DNA of 64,000 bases from positions 611,308-675,307 of the forward strand of contig JBAZNA010000001.1 of assembly GCA_041649475.1 (NCBI GenBank). The letters run 5' to 3'. Shown in pieces: positions 29,113 to 40,160 of the stretch. This DNA is from Patescibacteria group bacterium (GTDB lineage: Bacteria; Patescibacteriota; Patescibacteriia; Magasanikbacterales; GWA2-37-8). The translations under genes were made by a program, and so were the position numbers. A model generated the notes under the pieces. That model was not told the DNA's origin. It did not search any database and was given only the letters and a program-made list of their open reading frames with translations. How positions within the stretch are numbered: position 1 is the first letter of the stretch; each line of letters begins with the position of its first letter.

Positions 29113-30519
29113 TTACTCCACATCGCGCATCCAGCTCTTGCTTTCCAGGTCAACAACGAACTGCACTAACTGTTTATTTTGGGTGGCCTTAATCAAAACC
29201 TGTTCGCCGCTCTTCCAATAGTTTCCAACTCGCACCGCGCTTACATCCGTAACACCGTTCGCGCTCCACAGGGGCTGTTTGTTGCCCTTAAAGTCCACTG
29301 TTTCCAAAGTTAATTTTTTCTTTTTTAAATTCACAAAAATCAAGCCGCCGCTATAAACGTCCCATTTTAAGGGCGGCTTAATTATCCGGCTGACCACGGC
29401 CTTGGCCACAGCCCGGCCGACGTTAAGGCGGCCATAACCCAATTGACCGATAAATTGTGGATTTAATCCGTCAATGTCATCAGCTGTGCTTAAAAGATCG
29501 GCGATTATTTCTTTTGCGTCCCAATCGGGCCTGATTGATTTAACCAGGGCCGCGGCTCCGGCCGCGAGCGGAGCTGAAAAAGAAGTTCCATACCAGGCAC
29601 CGTCAAACTCTTTTGTGTAACCGTTTGCCGGCGACAAAAGCTCTGTGCTAAAAATTCCTTCCCCGGGAGCCGACAAATCAACACAACTGCCGTAATCAGC
29701 AAAATCGCTTAATTTATCTTTTAAATCCACTGCTGTCACGCCCAAAATCCAATTATCCAGGTCTCCGGAATCGGCACAGATTGGGTAGTGCTTGTTTTTG
29801 CTTAAATCACCATCACCGAACAAGCGGTCATTTCCGGCTGCCGAAACAATTAGCACGCCTTTTTTATAGGCATTCTTTAAACTTTGTTCAAAAACCGAAT
29901 CATTCACATCACCGATTATGCTTAAACTGATAATACCGGCTCCATTGGCCACGGCATAATCAACTGCCTTAGCCACACTAATCAAAGCGCCGTTGCCGCT
30001 GCTATCCATCACGCGCAAAGGCATAATTTTTACATTCCAATTTACACCCGTTCCGTCAATGCCGTTATTTCCGACCGCGCCGATAAGTCCGGCCAAAACC
30101 GTGCCGTGAACCACTGCTTGCGAATCATCGGATTGTTTAATGGCCGACAGGGTTACGTCGTTATTATCTTCAACAAAATTCCAACCATAGACATCGTCAA
30201 CATATCCGTTGCGATCATCATCAACACTGTTATTTGGAATTTCCTTGGTATTGGTCCAAATGTTATTTTCTAAATCCGGATGATCAATATCAACTCCGGT
30301 GTCAGTAACCGCCACAACCACGCTTTTAGTGCCGGTTGTATAACCCCAAGCTCCGGGAGCATTGATTTGTTGCAAATACGGCGCCTGTAAAGCATACTTA
30401 GGGTCGTTGGGCGCCTGGGCCTTGGCCGCAGAAACAAACAAAAATGGCAAAATTAAAAAAATAACAGCCAGCGTGATTTGGCTTGATTTTTTAAGCAAAA
30501 AGTAGTACGATTTAGGCAT
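29113..30519 (-). CDS. Secreted S8 family (subtilisin-like) serine peptidase
   Basis: Catalytic triad motifs DTGVD, HGT, GTSFSAP; signal peptide. Confidence 0.93.
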   Translation of the reverse strand: MPKSYYFLLKKSSQITLAVIFLILPFLFVSAAKAQAPNDPKYALQAPYLQQINAPGAWGYTTGTKSVVVAVTDTGVDIDHPDLENNIWTNTKEIPNNSVDDDRNGYVDDVYGWNFVEDNNDVTLSAIKQSDDSQAVVHGTVLAGLIGAVGNNGIDGTGVNWNVKIMPLRVMDSSGNGALISVAKAVDYAVANGAGIISLSIIGDVNDSVFEQSLKNAYKKGVLIVSAAGNDRLFGDGDLSKNKHYPICADSGDLDNWILGVTAVDLKDKLSDFADYGSCVDLSAPGEGIFSTELLSPANGYTKEFDGAWYGTSFSAPLAAGAAALVKSIRPDWDAKEIIADLLSTADDIDGLNPQFIGQLGYGRLNVGRAVAKAVVSRIIKPPLKWDVYSGGLIFVNLKKKKLTLETVDFKGNKQPLWSANGVTDVSAVRVGNYWKSGEQVLIKATQNKQLVQFVVDLESKSWMRDVE

Positions 30520-30543
30520 ATTTGGCTTTAATTATTATACCAC

Positions 30544-31920
30544 ATGTACCGCTTTAAACAATTCACCTTATTTTTAGGAGACATGGCCGGACTGTTTTTG
30601 GGCCTTTATTTGGCTGTCTATCTGCGAAATTTGGCCCTAACCGGGCACAAACTGTCAGATTTGTTAGCGCCCATGACCATACTGTTTATTCTGGCCGCCG
30701 TCATTTTGTTTATCGCCGGCCTATACGACATCACTAAGGCCAAAAATAACTTCAAATTTTTCCAAAAAATCATTATCGCGGCGCTCTCCTGGATGGTTAT
30801 CGGCGTCCTTTATTTTTACATCAGACCGCAACAAAACGTATCGCCAAAGACCATACTTCTGCTCACGGTTGTTATCGGTTTTGGTATAATTTCTGGTTGG
30901 CGGTTTCTTTATAATAAATTTATCTCCACCAATGTCTGGCAGTTGAACGTGACTTTTGCCGGAATTACCGACGAAGTGAAAGAATTGATCAAATTTATAC
31001 AAAACGAACCGCAAAGCGGATATTTCGTGGTTGGAATTATTTCCAGAAATGAAGCGGATAAAAATATTTTTCCGGACTTGCCGTTTGGAAAAACCATTGA
31101 AGAAATCAAATTACAAAATCAAACTCGGCCGATTAATCTGATCGTCCTGTCCCCGCAACTAACCAGCGATGAAGAACTCCTAAAAAATCTATACAAAAGT
31201 TTGTTTGAACAAATCAGCATAGTCAGTTTGGCTGATTTTTACCAGACGCTGATGGCCCGCATTCCGCCGTTTACTTTTTCCGAGGGCTGGTTTATCGCCC
31301 ATTTGCAGGAACAGCAGAAAAAAATTTATGATCGTATAAAAATACTGGCGGATTATTTATTCGGCGTCATCATCGGCCTGTTCTTTGCGATTACCTACCC
31401 GTTCATTGTCCTGGCCATAAAACTTGATTCCAAAGGCGCAGTATTTTTTTCACAAAAAAGAATCGGCCGGGGCGGGGCGCAGTTTACGATTTATAAATAT
31501 CGCACCATGAAAAGTTTAGCCGCCGACGGCAGCGCCGAAACGCAGGGTCCGCAGTTTGCCGCCACCGCCGACAATCGCGTCACCGAGGTGGGAAAATTTT
31601 TGCGCGCCACCAGGCTGGATGAAATCCCGCAATTTATTAATATTTTAAAAGGCGAAATGTCAATCATCGGCCCCAGACCGGAACGGCCGGAATTTGTAGA
31701 ACAGCTCACGCAAAAAATGCCTTACTATCCTTTAAGGCATCTGATAAAACCGGGCTTAACCGGCTGGGCCCAGCTCCACCGATCATATTACGGAACCATA
31801 GAAGAAAATCTGCGAAAATTGGAGTATGATTTGTATTACATCAAAAATCGGGGCTTTATGCTTGATCTCTCAATCGCCTTGCACACGGTAAACACGGTCT
31901 TAAAAATGATGGGAAGATAA
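30544..31920 (+). CDS. Polyprenyl glycosylphosphotransferase (bacterial sugar transferase, WcaJ/WbaP-like)
   Basis: IYKYRTM, RLDEIPQFINILKGEMSIIGPRPE, KPGLTGWAQ, KLEYDLYYI. Confidence 0.94.
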   Translation: MYRFKQFTLFLGDMAGLFLGLYLAVYLRNLALTGHKLSDLLAPMTILFILAAVILFIAGLYDITKAKNNFKFFQKIIIAALSWMVIGVLYFYIRPQQNVSPKTILLLTVVIGFGIISGWRFLYNKFISTNVWQLNVTFAGITDEVKELIKFIQNEPQSGYFVVGIISRNEADKNIFPDLPFGKTIEEIKLQNQTRPINLIVLSPQLTSDEELLKNLYKSLFEQISIVSLADFYQTLMARIPPFTFSEGWFIAHLQEQQKKIYDRIKILADYLFGVIIGLFFAITYPFIVLAIKLDSKGAVFFSQKRIGRGGAQFTIYKYRTMKSLAADGSAETQGPQFAATADNRVTEVGKFLRATRLDEIPQFINILKGEMSIIGPRPERPEFVEQLTQKMPYYPLRHLIKPGLTGWAQLHRSYYGTIEENLRKLEYDLYYIKNRGFMLDLSIALHTVNTVLKMMGR

Positions 31921-33555
31921 TTATAAAGATAACTTCGCCGCTTTGATCAGACCGACAAACAACGGATGCGGCTCAAGCGGACGGGATTTAAACTCCGGAT
32001 GAAACTGACTGGCCACAAAATACGGGTGGTCCTTTAGTTCAATAATTTCAACCAGGTTAGCTTCCGGATTGACACCGGCGATTTGCATACCGGCTTTGGT
32101 CAATCTCTCGCGATAATCATTATTAAATTCATAACGATGACGGTGGCGTTCGCTCACAATCTTTTTGCCGCCATAGGCCTTAAAAACCCTAGTGCCCTTC
32201 ACCAAGACGCATTTGTACGCACCCAAGCGCATAGTGCCGCCGTAATGATTATTTTTTACGTTCTCCGCCTGCTTGTTATTTATATGAATAATCGGCTCCG
32301 GGGTCTTGGCATCTATTTCCGTGGTGTGCGCCCTGGCCAAACCCAAAACATTGCGCGCAAATTCAATGCTGGCCAGTTGCATGCCGTAGCATAACCCTAA
32401 AAACGGAATCTTGTGTTCTCTGACATATCTGATGGCCGAAATAATGCCTTCCACTCCGCGCGCGCCAAACCCGCCCGGCACAATCAGAGCATTATAAGAA
32501 CTCAACTCTTTTAGTTTGGCCGGATTCTTTTCATATTCCTCACTGTCAAGCCATGTTAGTTCCGGTTTCAGGCCATTATGCCAACAGGCGTGCTTAATTG
32601 CTTCAATTACCGAGATGTAGGAATCGGCTAAAGTAAAATTGCCGGTGCCAAAATATTTTCCCACCACCGCGATTTTTATAACCGTTTCCGCTTTTTTCAT
32701 TTTACGGATAAAGTCGCGCCATTTTTTTCCGTCTTTTGGTCTCGGTTTTAATTGTAATTTTTTTAAAAGCAAATTGCTGAAATTTTGTTTTTCAAATAAA
32801 TCCGGAATTTCATAAATGGTTTTTACATCCGGCGCGGCAATCACATCTTTTTCGCTGCGCAGACCGCAAAACAGGGCCAGCTTTTCCCGTCTGGGCTTGT
32901 CCAGCTCCAGCCGGCCACGGGCGATGATAAAATCGGCCTGAATACCGCTGCTGTTTAAGGTTCTGGCCGCGTACTGGGTCGGTTTGGTTTTCATTTCTCC
33001 CAAGTGCCCGGGAATCGGCAAATAACTGACCAGCACAAAAACCACATTGTCCGGTTCTTTAAGCTTCATCATGCGGGCGGCTTCCAAAAACAAAATATTT
33101 TGATATTCCCCGGCGGTGCCGCCGATTTCTATAATCATCACGTCGGCCTTGGCCTTTTTTGCCGCCGCCTTTATCCGGCCCACGACTTCCATGGGAATAT
33201 GCGGCACCACCTCCACGCACTTGCCTTTGTAATACATGCTCCGCTCTTTTTCAATCACGCTTAAATACACCCGGCCGGTGGTCATGTAATTTATTGAGTA
33301 AATGTTTGTGTCTAAAAATCGTTCGTAATTGCCCAGGTCCTGATCGGTCTCATCGCCGTCTTCGGTCACATAAACCTCGCCGTGTTCAATCGGATTCATC
33401 GTGCCGGCATCAACATTGATATACGGATCAATTTTTATGGCCGAAACATTAAGACCCTTATTTTTCAAAATTCTGCCGATTGACGCTGCTGATACCCCCT
33501 TGCCGACCCCGCTTAAAACTCCGCCTATGATAAAAATATACTTGGTTTTGGCCAT
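31921..33555 (-). CDS. pyrG: CTP synthase
   Basis: GGVLSGVGKG, KIDPYINVDAGTM, KTKPTQ, GLCYGMQ, ERHRHRYE, QFHPEF. Confidence 0.98.
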   Translation of the reverse strand: MAKTKYIFIIGGVLSGVGKGVSAASIGRILKNKGLNVSAIKIDPYINVDAGTMNPIEHGEVYVTEDGDETDQDLGNYERFLDTNIYSINYMTTGRVYLSVIEKERSMYYKGKCVEVVPHIPMEVVGRIKAAAKKAKADVMIIEIGGTAGEYQNILFLEAARMMKLKEPDNVVFVLVSYLPIPGHLGEMKTKPTQYAARTLNSSGIQADFIIARGRLELDKPRREKLALFCGLRSEKDVIAAPDVKTIYEIPDLFEKQNFSNLLLKKLQLKPRPKDGKKWRDFIRKMKKAETVIKIAVVGKYFGTGNFTLADSYISVIEAIKHACWHNGLKPELTWLDSEEYEKNPAKLKELSSYNALIVPGGFGARGVEGIISAIRYVREHKIPFLGLCYGMQLASIEFARNVLGLARAHTTEIDAKTPEPIIHINNKQAENVKNNHYGGTMRLGAYKCVLVKGTRVFKAYGGKKIVSERHRHRYEFNNDYRERLTKAGMQIAGVNPEANLVEIIELKDHPYFVASQFHPEFKSRPLEPHPLFVGLIKAAKLSL

Positions 33556-33559
33556 AAAT

Positions 33560-34000
33560 TTATTTTGCTGACACTATAATTATAATATCCGCTTCCAAAC
33601 CGTGACGAAACTTTATCTTGGCTTTAAACTCCCCCGCTTCTTTTATGGGCTTCATCACAATTTGATTTTTATCCACGGAAAAACCTGATTTTTTCAAAAT
33701 TTCGGAAACTTTCTGCGGACCGACGGCCGCGTAAAGCGAACCACCGTCGCTGACTTTTTCCTTCAGTTCGGTTTCCCAGCCGTCTAACTTTTCAGCCAGC
33801 TCCTGTTGTTCGCGCAAATCTTTTTCATGATCCTTGGCTTCCTTTGTGCTTTTGGCCTGCAAATCAACCATAATTTTTTTGGTGGCCGGCACGGCTAAAT
33901 TTTTGGCAAACAGAAAATTGCGGGCATAACCGTCGGCTACGTCTTTGACTTCGTTTATCTTGCCCAGCCCGGGAACATTTTGAATTAAGATTACCTTCAT
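33560..34000 (-). CDS. rplI: 50S ribosomal protein L9
   Basis: [24 protein letters not shown]. Confidence 0.96.
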   Translation of the reverse strand: MKVILIQNVPGLGKINEVKDVADGYARNFLFAKNLAVPATKKIMVDLQAKSTKEAKDHEKDLREQQELAEKLDGWETELKEKVSDGGSLYAAVGPQKVSEILKKSGFSVDKNQIVMKPIKEAGEFKAKIKFRHGLEADIIIIVSAK

Positions 34001-34063
34001 ACCCCTATTGCTTTAGCTAACAATTAGTAGTAGTATACTACATACTTATTGCAAAAATCAAAC

Positions 34064-34951
34064 ATGAAAAATATGGAAAGTCAACAATCGGAAACCCTGC
34101 CTTTTAAATCCGGATTTGTCACCCTGGTGGGTCGTTCAAACGTGGGCAAATCAACCCTGCTTAATACGCTGGTCGGGACCAAAATCGCCGTCGTAACCGA
34201 CAAACCCCAGACCACACGCAATATTATACACGGAGTACTCAACTACCCGCAAGGACAGGCGGTTTTTATTGATACCCCGGGTGTTTTTAAACAAAACAGA
34301 AGCGCTTTATCAGGCATTCTAACCCAACGGGTTTGTGAAGCAATCCAAAATATAAATCTGATAATTTATGTTGTTGATCCGACCAAAAGTTTGGGCGCCG
34401 AGGAACGGGCCACTTTGGCCTTGATCAGGAATTTAGCCATTCCCAAGCTGCTCGTGATAAACAAATCAGATCTGCCGGAAAAGGAAAAGGTCTATCTGGA
34501 AAATTATCGCGAATTGAGTGATCAATTTGCCGCGGTCTTTGAACTTTCGGCTTTGCGTAATAGCCATGTCCAGCCCTTGCGCGATAAGGTTTTGGAATTT
34601 TTACCTGTTGGTGAAGCAATTTATCCGCCCAATCAACTGACAAACGTGGATGAACGTTTTTGGGTGGCGGAAATTATCAGAGAAAAAATTTTTAAAGCCC
34701 TGCGCAAAGAAGTGCCATACACCACGCATGTTGAAATTGAAGATATTGAAGACAAACCGGACATGTTTGTCATTAAAGCAAACATTTATACCACTGACAG
34801 CAGGTACAGAAAAATGATTGTCGGCGCCGGCGGCCGGGCCATAAAAGAAATCGGCATTGCCGCGCGCAAAGAACTGGAAACAGCCCTGAATAAAAAAGTA
34901 TTTTTAGAGCTTGAAGTTGAGGTTGATAAACACTGGGAAACTAGGGTGTAG
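34064..34951 (+). CDS. era: GTPase Era
   Basis: GRSNVGKSTL, KPQTTR, DTPG, NKSD, C-terminal KH domain. Confidence 0.96.
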   Translation: MKNMESQQSETLPFKSGFVTLVGRSNVGKSTLLNTLVGTKIAVVTDKPQTTRNIIHGVLNYPQGQAVFIDTPGVFKQNRSALSGILTQRVCEAIQNINLIIYVVDPTKSLGAEERATLALIRNLAIPKLLVINKSDLPEKEKVYLENYRELSDQFAAVFELSALRNSHVQPLRDKVLEFLPVGEAIYPPNQLTNVDERFWVAEIIREKIFKALRKEVPYTTHVEIEDIEDKPDMFVIKANIYTTDSRYRKMIVGAGGRAIKEIGIAARKELETALNKKVFLELEVEVDKHWETRV

Positions 34952-36221
34952 AAGTCGGGGTCAAAATTTCCATCGCCTTACTTAAAACCGTATCCTGACC
35001 AACTACTTCTTTACTCCAATCAACACTCATAACAATATCCGGAGTGACACCTTCTTTGTTTATATTTTTTCCGCTGGGTGTAAACCATTCAGCCACGGTC
35101 AACTTCAAAGCCGAACCATCCGGGAACGGCTCATAATCTTGTACCGATCCCTTGCCAAAAGTTTTTTCACCAATAATGGTGGCGGCTTTGGTGTCCTGTA
35201 AAGCGCCGGCCACAATTTCCGAAGCTGAAGCCGAACCCTTATCCACCAAAACTACGGTTTTCATACCGGCCAATCGGTGATCACCCAGAGTTTGGTGTTC
35301 ATTGTTTAAACCGTCAACACCCTTTTCGCTGACAATCACACCCGTCTTAATCCATTCACTGGCCACATACACGGCCGAGTCCAAATATCCGCCCGGATTG
35401 CTTCGCAAATCCAAGATTATTCCCTTAGCGCCCTTGGCCTTCAAATTTTTTATGGTTTTATCCAATCCGGTATTGGTACTATCATTAAATTGTAAAAGCC
35501 GGATATAAGCAATATTATTCGGCTTCATTTCGTACATCACTGACGGCACATTGATTTTAGCCCTGGTAATTATAATATCCTGTGATTTGGTGGCACCGTC
35601 TCTGGCAATAGTCAACTTCACCTGGGTGTTGGCTTTGCCTCTGATTTTGCTAACCGCCGTATTCACATCCATGCCAAAAGTACTTGTCCCATCAATCGCC
35701 AAAATGCTGTCACCCGGCCGCAATCCGGCTTTTTGGGCCGGCGAATCAGGCAAAGGCGCGATCACCATTAATTGATCATTTTTAATACCAATTTCAGCGC
35801 CGATACCTTCAAGCTCGCCGGACAAATCTTTGGCAAATTCTGTAGCTGCTTGCGGAGGAAAATACAAAGAATACGGATCGCCAAGCGAAGCCACCAAACC
35901 CTGAATAGCGCCATAAAACATGTCCGCATCCTTGACCGGCTGTTTTACATACTGGCTTTTTATCTGATCCCAGACCGTCCAAAATTGAGTGAAATCAACA
36001 CTATCCGAATGATTAACAGTTCTGTCTAAATTTATTACTTTGCTAATTTGCACATTGCCGGAATCATCTGTTATCTGATGATTGACATACCAAACCCGGC
36101 CGACAATAACACCCAAGCCAAAAGAAATGATAAACAAAATCACGGAAATATAAATGCCGATATATTTCTGCGCGCGGGTTTTTATTGGACTGGTTACGGG
36201 GTTATTGATGGGACTTTCCAT
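34941..36221 (-). CDS. S41 family carboxyl-terminal processing protease (CtpA-like)
   Basis: PDZ domain, DLRSNPGG, SASASEIVAGALQD, TFGKGSVQ. Confidence 0.95.
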   Translation of the reverse strand: MESPINNPVTSPIKTRAQKYIGIYISVILFIISFGLGVIVGRVWYVNHQITDDSGNVQISKVINLDRTVNHSDSVDFTQFWTVWDQIKSQYVKQPVKDADMFYGAIQGLVASLGDPYSLYFPPQAATEFAKDLSGELEGIGAEIGIKNDQLMVIAPLPDSPAQKAGLRPGDSILAIDGTSTFGMDVNTAVSKIRGKANTQVKLTIARDGATKSQDIIITRAKINVPSVMYEMKPNNIAYIRLLQFNDSTNTGLDKTIKNLKAKGAKGIILDLRSNPGGYLDSAVYVASEWIKTGVIVSEKGVDGLNNEHQTLGDHRLAGMKTVVLVDKGSASASEIVAGALQDTKAATIIGEKTFGKGSVQDYEPFPDGSALKLTVAEWFTPSGKNINKEGVTPDIVMSVDWSKEVVGQDTVLSKAMEILTPTSTP

Positions 36222-36237
36222 AATGGCAAAGATAAAT

Positions 36238-37542
36238 TTATTTATTTTTTATTATTTTTATACTGGCCCCGGCTTTATTTAGCGTTTCGTATAAATTTTC
36301 ATAACCGCGGTCAATCACATAGGTACTGCGCAAAAGTGATTTTCCCGGCGCGGCCAGCATGGCAATTAAGACATTGACGGCCGGCCGCAGTGCCGGCGGG
36401 CAAATCACTTCATTGGGCTTGAACTTGGTCGGGCCTTCCACCCAGACGCGGTGCGTATCTATCAGAGTCACATCCACGCCAAACTTTTTTAATTCCAAGC
36501 TATAAATCGCCCGGTCTTCATAAACCCAGTCATGGACCAGTGTCCGGCCTTTGGCTTTGGCCAAAATGGGAATAAACAAGGGCAGATTATCAATATTTAA
36601 ACCCGGAAACGGCCGGCACTCAATCTTATCCGGCAAGCAAACAAGCTTGCTGGGTATGATTTCTATGTCCGCCACCGCAAATTGGCCGTTGGTGGATTTC
36701 CTTTTATTTAAAATTTTATACTTTTGTCCCATCACCTCAAGCTTGCACAATTCCAGTTCCAAAAATTCCAGCGGGCAATTGGAAACGGTCAAATGCGAAC
36801 CAGTGACAATCGCGGCCGAAATATAGGTCATGGCCACAATTGGATCCGGCATTATCGGATAACTTGCCATCGGACGCAATTTACTGACGCCGTCAATTGT
36901 TAAAGTGGTGGTGCCGATGCCGCTAATTTTTGCTCCGGCTTGATTTAAAAAATAACACAAGTCCTGCACCATGTAATTGGCCGAAGCCATCTTTATAATA
37001 GTTTGACCCGGCGCCAAGACCGCGGCCATAATCGCATTTTCAGTTGAAGTATCCCCCGATTCATACATCACAATATTGGCGGCTTTAAGGGCGCCATTTT
37101 TTACCTCATAGAACTTCGGCTTTGACGCCACTTCCACTCCATACGCTTGCAGGGCAAACAAGTGCGGCCTGACCGTGCGCTGACCCAGCCGACAGCCGCC
37201 TGATCTATATAATTTATAACTGATTTTTCGCGACGCCAAAGCGCCCAGCAAAAGCAAAGACGATCTGGTTTTTTCTGAAGCGGTGGCATCAATTTTTTCA
37301 AAATTCAAACCACCGGTTGTGTCTATGGTTAAATCAGAGCCATTTTGAATCACCTTCGCGTCCATGCTAAGTAACAGTTCACACATCCGGTTCACTTCTT
37401 CAATTTGCGGCACATTTTTTAAAACGGTCTTGCCGTCTATCATTAAACTGGCGCACATTATGGCCACGGCCGAATTTTTGGCCGACTGGTTTTTAATCTC
37501 GCCATGCAATTTTTTTCCGCCGTTTACGATTAAATAAGGCAT
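36238..37542 (-). CDS. murA: UDP-N-acetylglucosamine 1-carboxyvinyltransferase
   Basis: SAKNSAV, GGCRLGQRTVRPH, TENAIMAA, ALRPA, IDRGYE. Confidence 0.9.
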   Translation of the reverse strand: MPYLIVNGGKKLHGEIKNQSAKNSAVAIMCASLMIDGKTVLKNVPQIEEVNRMCELLLSMDAKVIQNGSDLTIDTTGGLNFEKIDATASEKTRSSLLLLGALASRKISYKLYRSGGCRLGQRTVRPHLFALQAYGVEVASKPKFYEVKNGALKAANIVMYESGDTSTENAIMAAVLAPGQTIIKMASANYMVQDLCYFLNQAGAKISGIGTTTLTIDGVSKLRPMASYPIMPDPIVAMTYISAAIVTGSHLTVSNCPLEFLELELCKLEVMGQKYKILNKRKSTNGQFAVADIEIIPSKLVCLPDKIECRPFPGLNIDNLPLFIPILAKAKGRTLVHDWVYEDRAIYSLELKKFGVDVTLIDTHRVWVEGPTKFKPNEVICPPALRPAVNVLIAMLAAPGKSLLRSTYVIDRGYENLYETLNKAGASIKIIKNK

Positions 37543-37620
37543 AATTTTGACTAGAAGGGCTTTTTAGGTTAAGATAATTATACTCAAATTTCAAACTAAA
37601 TGCAACTTTTACGCTTAAGT

Positions 37621-38979
37621 ATGGAATACCCGGGCACTAAATTCACTTATCCCATCAGGCGCGCCACTCTAATTTTCTTTATTGCGTTTTTTATAATTGC
37701 TTCGCCGATTATCATAATGTACACGGCCGGCTACAGGTATGACTGGGCCAATGGACTGCTCAAAGAAACCGGAGCGATTAGTATTGATGTAGAACCGCCG
37801 CAGGCCAGTGTTTATCTAAATGGCATAAAATTAAAAGATAACATGCCGATTCGCCTGAATAATATCGCACCCGGAAGATACGGCCTAAACATCAGTGCGT
37901 CCGGCTATTACGATTGGGTAACGGAAATTGACGTAAAAAACAAACAAACCGTTTACATCAAAGAAATTTCTCTGCTTAAAAAAAATAGACCGCAAATCCT
38001 GATATCCGGAAACATGCAAACATTCGCTCTGTCCGATGACTATAAATATATAATTTATACCACACAAAAAACCAACAACACCGAAATTTGGCTTTGGAAC
38101 ACGGCCGATCATTCGGCCGCAATTCTAACAAAAATTAACACTCTAAATCCGCTTAAAATTTCCTGGTCAAAAAATGGCGACTACGCCGTAGTGTCCAATC
38201 AAACCTCTCCATATACCACGCTACTGCTCTTGAACGCTAACAATCCCCTATCAATAACAAACATCTCCGCCAACACCGCCCAGGCAATAGAAAAATATCA
38301 GTGGGATCCGCAAGGTTTGGCCTTATATTTTTCCACAAAAAACAATATAATTTCCTACGATCCCCAAAATCAGCAAACACAAATTGTAACTAAAAACAGT
38401 TACCTGGATTGGTACATGTATCGCGGCGGGCTCCTAACCCTGCAAATTAACACCACCAGCAAACAATATAAAATCATTTCAGATACTCTGGGATTTAAGT
38501 CCGCCTTTAATTCAATGGCTTACACCGGTTCGGATGATTTGGCCCGCAATCAATACAAGATCGCTATGGCCGATGCCGGTAAAGTTCTTTTAAAAAACAC
38601 CCGCACCGCGGAGATGGAACTGGTGACGGCAAACAACGCCTTTCAAATTTCCGGCGATAAATTCCTGGTATCAAAATATAACAACTGGCTGATTGTTTGG
38701 ACGCCTTGGGAACTGTGGACATACAGCGACGGAGCCAGTGAACCGAACCTGTTAAACCGATCCGGAGAAAATTTACAGCAAGCGATTCCGCTTGATCAGT
38801 ACAACACCTTGGCTTTGGTTTGGGCAAATAAAACCACTGCCCTTTTCCCCTATTATCTGGTATCGCATGATTTATTTAATGACAAAATAAACATTGCCGA
38901 TGCCGATACTGATAAAAAAATCTTATATTATATTGATAATACAAAAGGAAACGAAGGTATTTGGAGTTTAGAATATTAA
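37621..38979 (+). CDS. PEGA domain-containing membrane-anchored protein
   Basis: TM, then YTAGYRYD..TGAISIDVEP..NIAPGRYGLNISASGYYDW, then a beta-rich region; alternative start at 37600. Confidence 0.8.
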   Translation: MEYPGTKFTYPIRRATLIFFIAFFIIASPIIIMYTAGYRYDWANGLLKETGAISIDVEPPQASVYLNGIKLKDNMPIRLNNIAPGRYGLNISASGYYDWVTEIDVKNKQTVYIKEISLLKKNRPQILISGNMQTFALSDDYKYIIYTTQKTNNTEIWLWNTADHSAAILTKINTLNPLKISWSKNGDYAVVSNQTSPYTTLLLLNANNPLSITNISANTAQAIEKYQWDPQGLALYFSTKNNIISYDPQNQQTQIVTKNSYLDWYMYRGGLLTLQINTTSKQYKIISDTLGFKSAFNSMAYTGSDDLARNQYKIAMADAGKVLLKNTRTAEMELVTANNAFQISGDKFLVSKYNNWLIVWTPWELWTYSDGASEPNLLNRSGENLQQAIPLDQYNTLALVWANKTTALFPYYLVSHDLFNDKINIADADTDKKILYYIDNTKGNEGIWSLEY

Positions 38980-38992
38980 AAAAATTTAACCT

Positions 38993-39394
38993 ATGAAACT
39001 GAGTATTTATTCAGATGGCGGGGCGCGCGGAAATCCGGGACCGGCCGCCGCAGGCATTGTTATAAAAAATGAAGCCGAAAAAACCGTGGCTGAATTTGGC
39101 GAATTTTTGGGTGAACAAACCAATAATTTTGCCGAGTACTCGGCTCTGATTTTAGGACTAAAAAAAGCCAAAGAGTTGGGCGCCGCTGAAGTGGAGTGTA
39201 TTTTGGACAGTGAACTGGTGACCAAACAGATGCGCGGCGAATACAAAGTACGCGAGCCCAATTTGCAAAAATTATTTGTCCAGGCCTATAACGCGGCCAG
39301 TCAGTTTAAAAAAGTGGCATATAAACACACTCTGCGGGCCGGAAATAAGGAAGCGGACGACTGGGTAAATAAAACTTTAGACCAAATAAGGTAA
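38993..39394 (+). CDS. rnhA: Ribonuclease HI family protein
   Basis: YSDGGARGNPGPAA, TNNFAEY, DSELV, NKEAD. Confidence 0.92.
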   Translation: MKLSIYSDGGARGNPGPAAAGIVIKNEAEKTVAEFGEFLGEQTNNFAEYSALILGLKKAKELGAAEVECILDSELVTKQMRGEYKVREPNLQKLFVQAYNAASQFKKVAYKHTLRAGNKEADDWVNKTLDQIR

Positions 39395-39395
39395 T

Positions 39396-39463
39396 AAAAG
39401 AGGGAGAGAAAAAGTTTTTCGCCAAGCTTCGCTAGTGCTCAAAACTCTTTCTCTCCCTCTTTT
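39396..39463 (-). repeat. Dispersed long hairpin element, copy 2 (reverse orientation)
   Basis: Minus strand: 23-bp stem (one G.T) around GAGCACTAGC-GAA-GCTTGGCGA. Confidence 0.9.
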
Positions 39464-39471
39464 TTAGTTAA

Positions 39472-40152
39472 TTACTGTTTAATCAAACGTACCGTTTTGG
39501 CCGTATAAACAGTTTTGGTATTGCTGTTAATCAGTCCGCTGACCGCAACGGTGCTGCTCACGGTAAAATTTGACAATGTCGGATTGGTGACTTTGGCCAC
39601 TTTGAACTTTGTGTTAGCATCGGTCTTTACTGTCACTACAGTCGCGTTGTGTTTGCCATAAGCGAACACAAAACTTCCGCTGGCTGTGTCTATGGAAACA
39701 ATTTTGCCGGTTCGTGAAAATACATGAATGGAATTATCTTTTACAAGCTGGGCGGTCACCGTGCCGTCTTGGTTGGTCTTAGCTATAACGCTCACCGCGT
39801 CGCCAATTTGCAATTCAGACAATCCGGATTTGGCATAAAATTCTCTTATTACTCTGGTAGTGGAAGTAATCTGAATTGTTAAATTCTGGGTGGACGTAGG
39901 ATACGCACCGGTCCAATTTTTTAATTTCTTTGGTAACACTTTGTTAACGGTGATGACCATACTGGTAGGCGCGGTTGTGCCGGCCAAACTCACAATTTTG
40001 CCGGTCAAGGTAACGGCGCGGCGGGTAAATTTAGCCGCAGCAACCAACTTCGCCGGTTTTATTTTTGCATGTTCAGTGTTTTGCGCCAATGCCGGGGCTA
40101 CCAACATAAACGAAAACATGCTGATCAAAACTATTGTAAATATTTTTTTCAT
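39472..40152 (-). CDS. Secreted protein with two DUF5666-like beta domains
   Basis: Signal peptide; two GKIVS..T.T.....LS....G..V.V repeats. Confidence 0.65.
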   Translation of the reverse strand: MKKIFTIVLISMFSFMLVAPALAQNTEHAKIKPAKLVAAAKFTRRAVTLTGKIVSLAGTTAPTSMVITVNKVLPKKLKNWTGAYPTSTQNLTIQITSTTRVIREFYAKSGLSELQIGDAVSVIAKTNQDGTVTAQLVKDNSIHVFSRTGKIVSIDTASGSFVFAYGKHNATVVTVKTDANTKFKVAKVTNPTLSNFTVSSTVAVSGLINSNTKTVYTAKTVRLIKQ

Positions 40153-40160
40153 ATGGCTAA

